From positions 4,224,001 to 4,288,000 of the forward strand of contig CAXXKJ010000002.1 in assembly GCA_963675295.2 (NCBI GenBank): a DNA stretch of 64,000 nucleotides, given 5' to 3'. The notes beneath the pieces are model-generated. The model was not told where the DNA came from. It ran no database searches and saw only the letters and a list, made by a program, of their open reading frames with translations. Shown in pieces: positions 1-10,135 of the stretch. Source of the DNA: a bacterium. GTDB taxonomy: Bacteria; Electryoneota; Electryoneia; Electryoneales; Electryoneaceae. How positions within the stretch are numbered: the stretch's first letter is position 1; each line of letters begins with the position of its first letter. Position numbers and translations under genes: made by a program.

Positions 1-18
1 CAGGATGATACGTTTCAT
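1..18 (-). CDS. 5' end of a CDS running off the left edge (MKRIIL...), probably a signal peptide
   Basis: ATG at 18 on minus strand, MKRIIL reads like a signal-peptide start; same orientation as the upstream ROK gene; only 6 codons visible. Confidence 0.4.
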
Positions 19-103
19 CACTGCTATCCCCACAGTTTCGTTGCATCTACACTGGAATATGGACCGCTTGATCGAACTCCGCAACCGGTCTCTCGTTGAT
101 GGT

Positions 104-1057
104 TCAGGTTCGGGCCGTGGTTTCGACCCCGGCGGCATCGAACGCCATCGCCGCCGCGCCCAGCATGCCGGACTTGTCCTGCAGTTTCGCCCGGCTGAAT
201 GTACAATCATTCCAATTCGGCGCAAAGCAGCGTGACTGGGCGACCAACCGTGCCGGCTTCAGCAGGTGTTCACCGGCGCCGGAGATTCCGCCGCCGATCA
301 GCACCGCTTCCGGATTGAAGATGTTAATGTACGCCGCGACACCCGCGCCAAGGTACTGACCCACACGTCGCCAGACCTCGAGCGCTCGCTCGTCACCCTC
401 GGATGCCGCTTTCGCCAGCAGATCCGGCGTCGCTGGCGGAGTTTCCGGCAAATAGACCTCATTTGCCTCGCGTAGCACGCCGGTAATGCTGCAGTAGCTC
501 TCGAAGCTGCCCTTGACCTTGGTGCCACACTCCGGCCCGTTGATATCCAGCGGGATGTGGCCCAGTTCGCCCGCGCCGCCGTTGAAGCCACGCAGCAGCT
601 TGCCGTCCACCATCACGCCGCCACCGACGCCGGTACCCAAAGTGAGCACGACAACGTGCTTCATCCCGACCGCGCCACCCCAGCGGCTCTCGGAATAAAC
701 GAGCACGTTCGCGTCGTTCTCCAGCACCAGGGGCAGGTCGGTTCCGACCTTTTCACGAACCTTCTCCGCCAAGGACACATCATGCCACTCGGGGAAGTTC
801 GGGGACAGACGCACGACAGTCCGTGTCGCGTCAATCAGTCCCGGCGACCCGATACCGATCCCGGCAACCGGAAGTTCGCTCCGGTTGAGTCCGTCCTGCA
901 CCAGGCTGGCAATGGTTTCGACCACGTGCTCCACCGAACGGGACTTCAACGGCACGGTTTCTTCATGGCCGACCGACCCATCGGTGCGGATTAATCCCCA
1001 CTTGATGGACGATCCCCCGAGGTCAACGCCAATGGCAACAGTCTGGTCAAACGGCAT
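104..1057 (-). CDS. ROK family sugar kinase (glucokinase-like)
   Basis: GVDLGGS phosphate loop, ENDAN, LTLGTGVGGG, GAGELGH motifs. Confidence 0.93.
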   Translation of the reverse strand: MPFDQTVAIGVDLGGSSIKWGLIRTDGSVGHEETVPLKSRSVEHVVETIASLVQDGLNRSELPVAGIGIGSPGLIDATRTVVRLSPNFPEWHDVSLAEKVREKVGTDLPLVLENDANVLVYSESRWGGAVGMKHVVVLTLGTGVGGGVMVDGKLLRGFNGGAGELGHIPLDINGPECGTKVKGSFESYCSITGVLREANEVYLPETPPATPDLLAKAASEGDERALEVWRRVGQYLGAGVAAYINIFNPEAVLIGGGISGAGEHLLKPARLVAQSRCFAPNWNDCTFSRAKLQDKSGMLGAAAMAFDAAGVETTART

Positions 1058-1343
1058 ACAAAAGGTTCCGGTTCAATGTGCCCGATACTCGCCGGACGGG
1101 TTCCAGGTTCCCCCCGGTCTCGCGGTAGATTCCGGGGAACAGCTTGCACCCGGCGAATATAGGCTCGTCGTGGCGTTCACGCAGCCCCTCCACCGAAGAT
1201 TGAGAGATTGGCCACGCGGAGGTGCTCTGGACGCCCAACAATCAGGCTGATGTGCTCGATCCATTCCCAGCGTTGGCGGGGACGGTGTCTGGTTGTACCT
1301 TGCGGACGTCGTAAACGGTTCACCCCCCACCGGTGAGGTCTAG

Positions 1344-2243
1344 ATGAAACGTGCATGGTTGCTGGTTGTTGTGCTGCTCGTCGCGTTCGTGAACGGAGCG
1401 TTCGCGGACAGCTGGGCGGATTCGTTACGCGCCGAACGAGCCGAAGCGGACGAGTACCTCGCAAACAGTCCGCTGAGCCCGTTCGCGGCGATCGGGCAGA
1501 CCGTTCTGCGTCCCGGCCAGGCGCTGCGTGTGGTGTTGCCGGTGGATACCCTGCTGCTCGGCTATCCGACCGCTGACCCCGGCCTGCCACAGTTGGAGTT
1601 AACCTATCAGCCGGACGTGCCGGTGGTATATGTCCGCAGTCCGCACGGCGGCGACTTTCACCTCAACCGGCAGAAGATCGGCCCGATCCCGTTGGCGGTG
1701 AGCAGCGCGGACACGGTTCACGCCGAGATCTTTCTGCTCAAGGCGTACGCCAGCAACAGCTCGGCACGGCTGCGTGCGTTCAAGCCGGGCGGGTACGGCC
1801 AGACGCAGTTCCACGGCCTCAACTGGTACCCGCCAAACCCAGACCTGCGGCTGACCGCGACGATCACACCGGCCGCGCGTGACACCGTCATCATGCCGAC
1901 CTCCGCCGGGCTGGAGAAGTCGTACATCCGGCACAGCACGTTGCGATTTACCGTTGACGGGTTCGACCAAACCCTTACCCTGTTCGCTCCGGCGAGTGAT
2001 CCGGATGCCTACGGCTTTATCCCGTTCACCGACGCCGGCGCGGGCGAAGCGACGTACGGCGGCGGGCGCTACATCGACCTCGACCTGCCCGCGGACGGCC
2101 AAACCGAGCTGACGCTCGATTTTAACGATGCTTACAATCCGTTGTGCGCCTACGTTCCGCACTACAACTGCCCGATTCCGCCGCCGGAAAACGCGCTCGA
2201 CATCGCGATCGAAGCGGGCGAGATGATCTACGAGAAGCACTGA
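1344..2243 (+). CDS. DUF1684 family protein with signal peptide
   Basis: PFTD...TYGGGRY, LDFN.AYNP.CAY...YNCP.PP.EN.L...IEAGE signature; RBS gagg upstream. Confidence 0.88.
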   Translation: MKRAWLLVVVLLVAFVNGAFADSWADSLRAERAEADEYLANSPLSPFAAIGQTVLRPGQALRVVLPVDTLLLGYPTADPGLPQLELTYQPDVPVVYVRSPHGGDFHLNRQKIGPIPLAVSSADTVHAEIFLLKAYASNSSARLRAFKPGGYGQTQFHGLNWYPPNPDLRLTATITPAARDTVIMPTSAGLEKSYIRHSTLRFTVDGFDQTLTLFAPASDPDAYGFIPFTDAGAGEATYGGGRYIDLDLPADGQTELTLDFNDAYNPLCAYVPHYNCPIPPPENALDIAIEAGEMIYEKH

Positions 2244-2845
2244 TGACAACGGGTAAACGTGGCATGCTGATCGCCTTCGAGGGCATTGACGGGTCGGGCA
2301 AATCGACGCAGTGGAAACGTCTCGGTGCGTGGCTGAAAGAACTGGGCCGGGACGTCGTACTGTCATTCGAGCCGACGAAACGTGCGCACGGCCAATGGTT
2401 GCGGGACGCGTGGGCGACGGGTGTCCGGCTACCTGTGGACGAAGAGAAAGCCCTGTTCGACGCCGACCGCCGCGAACACATCGACGAAGTGATCAACCCG
2501 GCGCTCGAACGTGGTGCGATTGTCCTGCTCGACCGCTACTACTACTCCTCTGCGGTGTACCAGGGCACGCGTGAGGGGGAAACACCGGAAGCGGTGTTGC
2601 GGCATTATGAAGCCTTCTGCCCGCGTCCGGATGTGGTGCTGCTGTTCGATTTGCCGGTGGAGGCGGCGTTGCAACGGATGCAGTCCTCCCGGTCCAACCT
2701 CGACGCGATGGAAGTCCGAGACAATCTGGAAACGGTACGGACGGCGTACCTCAACCTGAACCGTCCCGAGATTGTCGTCGTGGACGCTTCCGGCTCACCG
2801 GACGAGGTGTGGGATAGCGTCTTGCGGCACGCGCGGGAGTGGTGA
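2243..2845 (+). CDS. tmk: Thymidylate (dTMP) kinase
   Basis: IAFEGIDGSGKST P-loop, LDRYYYSS.VYQG; start chosen at TGATG overlap with previous stop. Confidence 0.93.
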   Translation: MTTGKRGMLIAFEGIDGSGKSTQWKRLGAWLKELGRDVVLSFEPTKRAHGQWLRDAWATGVRLPVDEEKALFDADRREHIDEVINPALERGAIVLLDRYYYSSAVYQGTREGETPEAVLRHYEAFCPRPDVVLLFDLPVEAALQRMQSSRSNLDAMEVRDNLETVRTAYLNLNRPEIVVVDASGSPDEVWDSVLRHAREW

Positions 2846-2927
2846 CCGGAACGGGAGTAGTGAAAGCGTGTGAACAGGGCGGCTGACCTTCTGGAATGGG
2901 CAGACAGCGAGACTGGGATTACCGCTA

Positions 2928-2964
2928 GTCATTCTGAAGCCGCGTCTTTTACGGCTGAAGAAGA
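2928..2964. repeat. REP-like GTCATTCTGAAG... element (half copy)
   Basis: gtcattctgaagccgcgtcttttacggctgaagaaga; near-identical copy on minus strand at 20257-20294. Confidence 0.75.
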
Positions 2965-3034
2965 TCCCGATTTGATCACGCCCGCTCATCGTGTTGCCTG
3001 AGCTGTTGAAATTCTGAGCTGGAGAGTTGACCTG

Positions 3035-3880
3035 ATGCCGATGTTGAAACACAATCGTGCCGCGATCCTCTACGATTTCGACGGCACGTTGACCCCGAAA
3101 TACATGCACGACTACGACTTCTTCCCGGAGCTGCAGATCGACGCCGACTCGTTCTGGCAGGAGGTCCGCGCGAAGGCCCGGGAGATGGACGGCGACCAGA
3201 CCCTCGCCTACATGTACCTGATGGTGAAGTATGCCCGGGAGAAGGCAAATGTTGGCCTGACGGCGGATCGATTCCGTGAGTTCGGCCGCAAGGTGGAGTT
3301 CTTCCCAGGCGTCGAGGGCTGGTTTGATCGGATGAACCGTTTCGCGGAGTCCCTCGGCCTGACATTGGAGCATTACATCGTCAGCTCCGGCGTCAAGGAG
3401 ATGATCGAAGGCACAACCATCGCGGACACATTCAAGCGCATTTACGCCTGCGCCTTCCATTACGATCCGGACACCGGCCACGCCGACTGGCCGATCCTGA
3501 ACGTCAATTACACCACCAAGACGCAGTACATCTACCGCATCAGCAAGGGTGTGCTCGACAACTGGGACGGTCCCGGGTTGAACCGTCGCATGGCGGCAGG
3601 CGAGGAGTTCGCGGTACCGATCCGCAACATGCTGTACCTCGGGGATGGCGAGACCGATGTGCCGGGCATGAAGGCGGTACGTCAATACGGCGGGCATGCG
3701 GTCGCGGTGTACGATCACGAAAACATCCGCAAGGTGCAGGAATCGCAGCAGTTGGTGCAGGATGACCGTGTCGATGCCGCCAAGCACGCCGACTATTCCG
3801 AGGGGTCGCTGCTCGATGAGTACGTGAAGGCTGTCCTCCGCGAGATTCAGGCCCATGAGCAGAAGCTGGCGTTGGAATAG
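3035..3880 (+). CDS. HAD-superfamily hydrolase
   Basis: YDFDGTL motif I, IVSSG motif II, YLGDGETD motif IV. Confidence 0.9.
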   Translation: MPMLKHNRAAILYDFDGTLTPKYMHDYDFFPELQIDADSFWQEVRAKAREMDGDQTLAYMYLMVKYAREKANVGLTADRFREFGRKVEFFPGVEGWFDRMNRFAESLGLTLEHYIVSSGVKEMIEGTTIADTFKRIYACAFHYDPDTGHADWPILNVNYTTKTQYIYRISKGVLDNWDGPGLNRRMAAGEEFAVPIRNMLYLGDGETDVPGMKAVRQYGGHAVAVYDHENIRKVQESQQLVQDDRVDAAKHADYSEGSLLDEYVKAVLREIQAHEQKLALE

Positions 3881-4031
3881 TCCTTTCAAGGAAAAACTGG
3901 CCAATCCGCAGGTACTCCCGGAGTCCGGAATTCGTTTACAAATCTCAAGTTATCACTGCTATTGGATCTGAAAACTCGACAAATTCCCTATCATGGTTTG
4001 GACCATGACTGGTTTTCTAAAGGGGGTAAAA

Positions 4032-5885
4032 ATGAAACACACAATCCTCATCCTCACGACGCTTTTCCTTCCGTTGCTTGCCGTGGCCGAGATCCAGTGG
4101 TTGGAACAACCGATTCGTGACAACGTGACCGGCGCGAGCGGGATCGTTTCCATTGATATGGACGGGGACGGTGACCTCGACGTATTGGTTACCAGCAAGG
4201 GAGAAAGCCCGGACTACATTGGGGAACTCTGCTGGTACGAGAACCTTGCCGGTTCGGGCACGATCTGGGAAACCCATCTCATCAGCGACACCGTTCATCG
4301 GGCTTCAAGTCCACAAGCCGTCGACATCGACGGTGACGGTGACTTCGACGCGGTGTGCCTGTTGGAAGACCACGCCATCGGCTGGTGGGAGAATCTGGAC
4401 GGGAACGGAACCAGTTGGAGTGCCACTCCGATCGAACTGCCGAGCAGCGAATCGGCAAACGTTGTAGCTGCCGACATTGACGGCGACGGTGACATGGACC
4501 TTGCGGGATCCAGCGAATCGGGCCAGCCATTTGAAGCGATCAAGTGGTGGGAGAACACGGCTGGCGACGGGACCGCCTGGTCGTCGCACACGGTTGACAG
4601 CAGCTGGGAAGCAATTCATTACGTCACTCTGGATGATGTCAACGGGGACGGCGACATCGACCTGATCACCGTGGATCGCATGTACGGTGATGTGATCTGG
4701 TTTGATAACATGAACGGCGATGGGTCCAGCTGGAGCGATCACACGATCGCCAGCGGTTTCCAGGACGGTCGGATGGCCCGTCTTGATGACATGGACGGCG
4801 ATGGCGACATGGATGTCGTTGCTGCCAGCACCTCCGGTGACGAAATCGTCTGGTGGGACAATCTCGATGGTCTTGGCACCAGCTGGCTGGAACAGTCGGT
4901 GGACAGCGACTTCAACAGCGCGTACGCCGTCTACCCGTTGGACCTGGACGCGGACGGCGACATGGACCTCGCCGGTACGGCGGCGTCCGGATTTCCCAGC
5001 TACGATGGTCAGGTGGTGTGGTGGGAGAATACCGACGGTTCCGGGACAAGCTGGACCCGCTACATCATTGAGTCGGATTTCAGTTCCGCGTACGGCCTGG
5101 CGGTCGGGGACATGAACGGGGACGCTGCCCTCGATATCATCGCGACCTCTTCCGAGTATGATGCCGTCACCTGGTGGGAACAGCGCGGAGGTGGCCCGGT
5201 CGAAGTCATCCTGACACCGTTTGGATCCACCGACCTTCCGGCGAACGGCGGCACATTGTCCTATGAGGCACGTGTCATCAGCTACCTGCCGGGCACGTAC
5301 GAGAATGTGAGTTTCTGGACCAAGGTGAAGCTGCCGAACGGCAATTTCTATCCGCCGGTGCTGTCCTATGTCACCTTCACTCTCGCGCCGTACATCGACC
5401 TCAGCGCTCCCGTCACCCAGCAGATTCCCGCAATGGCTCCGGCGGGGAACTATGAACTCTGGGGCTGGCTCGGTTATCACCCGAATTACGGACCCAGTTT
5501 CAGCGATTTCTTCACGTTCACCAAGAGCGCGGTGACGGGTTCTGGCACGCCGGTCGAGGGATGGAATTCGCACGGCTCGTTCGTGACAGACCAGGACACC
5601 GAACCGGTGACGCAAGCTTCTGCGTTCGCCCTGCGTGCGGTGTATCCGAACCCGCTCAACGCAATGGCTACGGTTTCTGTCGAAGTGCCGGAACGGGCGG
5701 ACTTGTCGGTGCGAGTCGTGAACATCACCGGCCAGCAGGTGGCGGAGTTGGCACATGGATCGTACCAGTCCGGCGTGCACGAGTTCGCGTTCGACGCGAC
5801 CGATTTGGCCAGCGGGATCTACTTCGTCCACGCGAAGGTTCCGGGTCAGCTCGACGCGGTGCAAAAGGTGATGTTGGTACGCTGA
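4032..5885 (+). CDS. Secreted FG-GAP/VCBS repeat beta-propeller protein with T9SS type A-like CTD
   Basis: Signal peptide, seven D.DGDGD.D repeats followed by WWEN, C-terminal PNPLN...SGIYF...KVMLVR; start at ATG after aggggg RBS. Confidence 0.88.
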   Translation: MKHTILILTTLFLPLLAVAEIQWLEQPIRDNVTGASGIVSIDMDGDGDLDVLVTSKGESPDYIGELCWYENLAGSGTIWETHLISDTVHRASSPQAVDIDGDGDFDAVCLLEDHAIGWWENLDGNGTSWSATPIELPSSESANVVAADIDGDGDMDLAGSSESGQPFEAIKWWENTAGDGTAWSSHTVDSSWEAIHYVTLDDVNGDGDIDLITVDRMYGDVIWFDNMNGDGSSWSDHTIASGFQDGRMARLDDMDGDGDMDVVAASTSGDEIVWWDNLDGLGTSWLEQSVDSDFNSAYAVYPLDLDADGDMDLAGTAASGFPSYDGQVVWWENTDGSGTSWTRYIIESDFSSAYGLAVGDMNGDAALDIIATSSEYDAVTWWEQRGGGPVEVILTPFGSTDLPANGGTLSYEARVISYLPGTYENVSFWTKVKLPNGNFYPPVLSYVTFTLAPYIDLSAPVTQQIPAMAPAGNYELWGWLGYHPNYGPSFSDFFTFTKSAVTGSGTPVEGWNSHGSFVTDQDTEPVTQASAFALRAVYPNPLNAMATVSVEVPERADLSVRVVNITGQQVAELAHGSYQSGVHEFAFDATDLASGIYFVHAKVPGQLDAVQKVMLVR

Positions 5886-6021
5886 GCACATGGAAGTTCG
5901 TTACAATTCAAGTATATCATTCCCGTTGTGGTGGCCGTACTTTCCTCCACGGTGGGTAATGTATTACGTTCCAGCTATCACAATTGTCCACCTGTGAATG
6001 GCAGTTTGAAAGGAGTCTGTC

Positions 6022-7446
6022 ATGCGTGCATCTCCACTATTTGCCCTTGTTCTTTTGCTTCCTTCGTTTGCAACTGCACAGCACTGGTCCGCCCACCGGG
6101 TCACATTCGATTTTGACGGTGCATGGAGCGTTTTCGCCGCCGATATCGACGGTGATTCCGACATGGACGTGATCGGAGCAGCAAACCGCGCGGAAAAAAT
6201 CGCTTGGTGGGAAAACGAAGACGGCACAGGTCTGAGTTGGATCGAACACCCGATTGACGAAGACTTTGACTATGCCGAAGGTCTGTTCGTTGCTGATGTC
6301 GACGGCGACGGCGACATGGATGTGATCGGCGCGGCTGCTCAAGGCGATCTCATTCAGTGGTGGGAAAACTACGAAGGCACGGGACTGGTCTGGATCGAGC
6401 ACACCGTCGATACCCAGTTCGACGGCGCGTTGAGCGTCTACGCGACCGATCTGGACGGTGATGGAGATATTGACATCCTCGGGGCCGCTTTCCACGCCAA
6501 TACAATATCGTGGTGGGAAAACTTGACTGGATCTGGAACGGTTTGGTCCCAACACGAGGTGGATGACAGTTTTCGTGGCGTGACCTGTGTGTGTGCCGGT
6601 GACGTTGATGGCGACGGCGATTTGGATGTATTAGGGTCTGCTAGTGATGCAAACGAAATCGCTTGGTGGGGAAATGAAGACGGAACCGGTACAAGCTGGT
6701 TTAAACACCGCATCGTATCACGATTCATGCACGCGAGAAGTGTCCACTCAGCCGATATCAATTCGGATGGATACCTAGATGTGATTGGCGCTGCCCGCGA
6801 TGCAAATGACATTGTCTGGTGGCAGAATGTTCGTGGTGATGGGCTGCGCTGGAAAGCGAACAAGCTCGACAACAACTTTGTCGACGCAATCAATGTTTAC
6901 GCGGCCGACGTGGATAATGACGGTGACGTGGACATCCTCGGCGCAGCGGCAGAATCGCATAAGATCGCCTGGTGGGAGAATCGCAGTTTTACGTGTCCAT
7001 ACTGGGGTGAAATGACGCTGGATAACACCTTCGAAGGCGCTGTCAGTGTTTATGCCGCCGATGTCGACGGCGATGGTGACACGGACATCCTTGGTGCCGC
7101 GACCTATATCGACCAGATCACTTGGTGGGAAAACCCGCTCATCACCACTCAGGAATCAGTCGCGTATGAACAGACTGAAAGGCTTCCGCTGCTTGTCGGA
7201 AACAGCCCGAACCCGTTCAACGCGATGACGACAGTGACCGTCGCACTGCCGGAAGTATCTGACCTGACCGTGCGTATCGTGAACATCACCGGCCAGCAGG
7301 TGGCGGAGTTGGCACATGGATCGTACCAGTCCGGCGTGCACGAGTTCGCGTTCGACGCGACCGGTTTGGCCAGCGGGATCTACTTCGTCCACGCGACGGT
7401 GCCGGGTCAGCTCGACGCCGTGCAGAAGGTGATGCTGGTCAGGTGA
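6022..7446 (+). CDS. Secreted FG-GAP/VCBS repeat protein with T9SS type A-like CTD
   Basis: Signal peptide, seven AAD.DGDGD.D...WWEN repeats, PNPFN...KVMLVR; aggag RBS. Confidence 0.88.
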   Translation: MRASPLFALVLLLPSFATAQHWSAHRVTFDFDGAWSVFAADIDGDSDMDVIGAANRAEKIAWWENEDGTGLSWIEHPIDEDFDYAEGLFVADVDGDGDMDVIGAAAQGDLIQWWENYEGTGLVWIEHTVDTQFDGALSVYATDLDGDGDIDILGAAFHANTISWWENLTGSGTVWSQHEVDDSFRGVTCVCAGDVDGDGDLDVLGSASDANEIAWWGNEDGTGTSWFKHRIVSRFMHARSVHSADINSDGYLDVIGAARDANDIVWWQNVRGDGLRWKANKLDNNFVDAINVYAADVDNDGDVDILGAAAESHKIAWWENRSFTCPYWGEMTLDNTFEGAVSVYAADVDGDGDTDILGAATYIDQITWWENPLITTQESVAYEQTERLPLLVGNSPNPFNAMTTVTVALPEVSDLTVRIVNITGQQVAELAHGSYQSGVHEFAFDATGLASGIYFVHATVPGQLDAVQKVMLVR

Positions 7447-7486
7447 GGCAGTGGTGAGTTGTGTGTGATGAGTTGTGAGTAAAAAG

Positions 7487-7522
7487 AACCGGGGACACTT
7501 GCTCCGTCAAGTGTCCCCGGTT
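7487..7522. repeat. GGGGACAC-family palindrome (REP-like or bidirectional terminator), copy 1
   Basis: aaccggggacacttg-ctccgt-caagtgtccccggtt, 15-bp perfect stem between convergent genes. Confidence 0.8.
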
Positions 7523-7614
7523 TGCTATCTACCACTCCTACGGTCTGCTATCTACAACTCTGGCAATCTCAGTCCGCAGCACTCAGGCCACATCCCGCCG
7601 ACCGCCGCCGTTGT

Positions 7615-7653
7615 CACTGACCACTGACTACTGATCACTGACCACTGACTACT
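7615..7653. repeat. 7-bp tandem repeat (cactgac variants, about 5 units)
   Basis: cactgaccactgactactgatcactgaccactgactactg directly after crotonase stop. Confidence 0.8.
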
Positions 7654-7657
7654 GTCC

Positions 7658-8434
7658 TTATTTCCCCTTGAAATCGGCCGCGCGCTTGTTGAGGAACGCG
7701 TCGGTACCTTCCTTGGCATCCTCGGTGGCGAAGCACATCCCGAACAGGTCGGCTTCCATGCGCATCGATTCTGTGTAGGCCATGCCCATGCCACGGTAGG
7801 CTGCGTCCTTGGCGAACTTCATCGCCACCGGTCCGACCGCTGCGATCTTGTTCGCGACCTTTTTCGCTTCGTCCATCAGATCGTCCGGGGTGACCACACG
7901 GTTGACCAGGCCGAGCCGGTACGCTTCTTCCGCGGAGATCATGTCACCGGTGAGGAGGTAGTACAACGCCGGGCCGAGGCCGACGAGTTTCGGCAGCCGC
8001 TGTGTGCCACCGAAGCCCGGGATCAGGCCGAGCTTGACTTCCGGCTGGCCGAAGACGGCTTTGTCTGAGGCGATGCGCAACGTGCACGCCATCGAGATCT
8101 CGCAGCCGCCGCCGAGCGCGTATCCGTTGACCGCCGCGATGACCGGCTTGTTCAGGCTCTCGATCCGGGTCATCAGGTGCTGGCCGGCACGCGCGTATTC
8201 GACCGCGCCAAGCGCATCGAGCTGGTTCAGTTCGCCGATGTCTGCGCCAGCGACAAACATCTTGCCCGCGCCGGTGAGAATCACGGCTTTGACGAGGTCA
8301 TTCTTCTTCACCTCGGCGAACGCCTTGTCCAGTTCCTTCACCACCTGCACCGCGAGGGTGTTCGCCTTCGGGTTGTCGATGGTGATGGTTGCGATCGCAC
8401 CGTCCACGTCGATATGCAGTTTTTCGTAGGCCAT
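7658..8434 (-). CDS. crt: Enoyl-CoA hydratase (crotonase)
   Basis: FVAGADI, AVNGYALGGGCE, FGQPEVKLGLIPGFGGTQRL; start at MAYEK after ggag RBS. Confidence 0.92.
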   Translation of the reverse strand: MAYEKLHIDVDGAIATITIDNPKANTLAVQVVKELDKAFAEVKKNDLVKAVILTGAGKMFVAGADIGELNQLDALGAVEYARAGQHLMTRIESLNKPVIAAVNGYALGGGCEISMACTLRIASDKAVFGQPEVKLGLIPGFGGTQRLPKLVGLGPALYYLLTGDMISAEEAYRLGLVNRVVTPDDLMDEAKKVANKIAAVGPVAMKFAKDAAYRGMGMAYTESMRMEADLFGMCFATEDAKEGTDAFLNKRAADFKGK

Positions 8435-8557
8435 GTCTCTACTCCCCCTCTCGCTATGTGATGTTCGGATATGGCAGGACTTGAATATCGGGAGCGGAAC
8501 CGCCGCTCGCCACTCGCACGGCTCACGAAGATTTCTCAACCACGGAAAGGACTCGCA

Positions 8558-8936
8558 ACCACGGAATACACGGAATACTCGGAAAAACAACAGAACGTCC
8601 ACGAAAAACACGAAAGAAAAACGAAAGAAATATTAAATGATTAATGATAAAGATTAAAAGCAAGTACCTTATAGATTTACCCTGTACAATCATATATAAC
8701 ATATTAAAATATATTTCTGAATCATTTTTCATCTCTTGTCTCTTATTCCTCATCCCTTGTCTTTTATCTTTTATCTTTTATCTTTTATCTAATTTATATC
8801 CTTGCTATTAATTTAAAATATATCTTCTCTTTTTCTTTTAGCCAATAAGTATTTCTTTCATCTTTTTTTTGCTCTTTTCGCGCTTTTCGCGGTCATCCGT
8901 TGTCTTTTCTTCCGTTTATTCCGTGTATTCCGTGGT
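8558..8936. repeat. AT-rich island bounded by a perfect 20-bp inverted repeat
   Basis: accacggaatacacggaata (8558-8577) and its reverse complement (8917-8936); interior very AT-rich with (ttttatc)x4. Confidence 0.75.
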
Positions 8937-10122
8937 CGAGAGCGGTTTTGATTTCCGTCCGTACGTCAGCATCAGTCTCGTGGTGGTATGCCTGGTCCAG
9001 CCCCTCCCGCGCGGCCCGGAACTCGCTGAGCTGCCCCAGCGCCCAGGCTGCGTGCGCACGGATCAGGGGTTCCGGTTCCGTTTCCATCACTTGTTTCAGC
9101 GCCGGAATGGCTTCATCACTGCCCCAGTTGCCCAGGGCGACGGCGACATTTCTCAGCAGTCCACCCCGCTTGGTACGTTTGACCGGCGACCCTTTGAACA
9201 TCTCGCGGAACTGTTCGTCGTTCAGCGCGATCAGCTCGAGCAATTTTGGCGCGCCCCAGTCGGGAATGCGAGGTTCGAACCACGGTTCACGGGTTGGCAG
9301 CAGGCCGCGTGTATTGTAGGGGCACGCTTGCTGGCAGATATCGCAGCCGAAAACCCAATTTCTCAACTCGGAGCGTAAATTGCGGGGGAGGATACCGCGG
9401 TGTTCGATTGTGAGGTAGCTGATACAACGGTTTGCGCGGTTCAGGTACGGTGTATCCAGCGCCCCGGTCGGGCATGAATTGCCGCAGGAGTGACAATCGC
9501 GGCAGCCGAACAGTGGTTCACGTGCCGGATCGGGTGGCAGCTCGAGGTCGAGCAGCAGTTCACCGAGCAGGAAGTACGATCCGTGCTTCCAGTGGATCAG
9601 CAGGGTGTGCTTGCCGATGAACCCGGCCCCGCCGGCGGCGGCGAGCGGACGTTCGAGGATCGGCCCGGTGTCAACGTAGGCACGTGAGTTGACCACACGG
9701 CCCGCGAGGTAGTCGATCGCCTTGCCGAGCGCTTTCAGGCGTGGCAGAATGAGGTCGTGGTAGTCGTAGCCCCAGGCGTAACTGGCAAATCGCCCCCGGG
9801 ATGGGTCAGACGCGTCGGGTGCGTCCATTGGACGCGGCTGATGGTAGGACATACCAACACTGAGCACCGACTTTCCGGACGGCCACTGCACCCGGGGGTC
9901 CATGCGACGGTCGGGGTGTTTCGCCAGCCACGACATGGTACCGTGGTAGTCGTTGGCGATCCACTCGGGGAACGTGTCGGCGTGTGGAGGCGGTTCGTAC
10001 GGCGCGACGCTGGAAAAATCAAACCCGAGGTGCCTCGCGGCCTGCTTGATCAGCTCGGCAAGCTCGGACGGGTTCTGTGACAGAGAAGATGTGGATGAAG
10101 CTGGCTGCGTGGCGTCAGGCAC
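8893..10122 (-). CDS. queG: tRNA epoxyqueuosine(34) reductase QueG
   Basis: YAWG.DYH, VDTGPILER, CxxCxxCxxxCP, CISYLTIE, GCDICQ.ACP, C-terminal HEAT repeats. Confidence 0.95.
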   Translation of the reverse strand: MPDATQPASSTSSLSQNPSELAELIKQAARHLGFDFSSVAPYEPPPHADTFPEWIANDYHGTMSWLAKHPDRRMDPRVQWPSGKSVLSVGMSYHQPRPMDAPDASDPSRGRFASYAWGYDYHDLILPRLKALGKAIDYLAGRVVNSRAYVDTGPILERPLAAAGGAGFIGKHTLLIHWKHGSYFLLGELLLDLELPPDPAREPLFGCRDCHSCGNSCPTGALDTPYLNRANRCISYLTIEHRGILPRNLRSELRNWVFGCDICQQACPYNTRGLLPTREPWFEPRIPDWGAPKLLELIALNDEQFREMFKGSPVKRTKRGGLLRNVAVALGNWGSDEAIPALKQVMETEPEPLIRAHAAWALGQLSEFRAAREGLDQAYHHETDADVRTEIKTALDHGIHGINGRKDNG

Positions 10123-10135
10123 GAGAGCGTCCGTC

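Noticed and set aside
1300-1330. tmRNA-like 5' end (GGGGGTGAACCGTTTACGAC) on minus strand
   Set aside because: No matching T-arm/acceptor 3' end at the expected distance; it would run into the ROK gene
1073-1330. 85-aa ORF in frame with the ROK gene across a TGA (readthrough or selenocysteine)
   Set aside because: The ROK domain is complete from ATG 1057 and the upstream peptide is not protein-like
8433-8753. Short ORFs and N-terminal extension of crotonase through the repeat island
   Set aside because: Translations of 9-mer repeats and AT-rich DNA; the true start with RBS is at 8434
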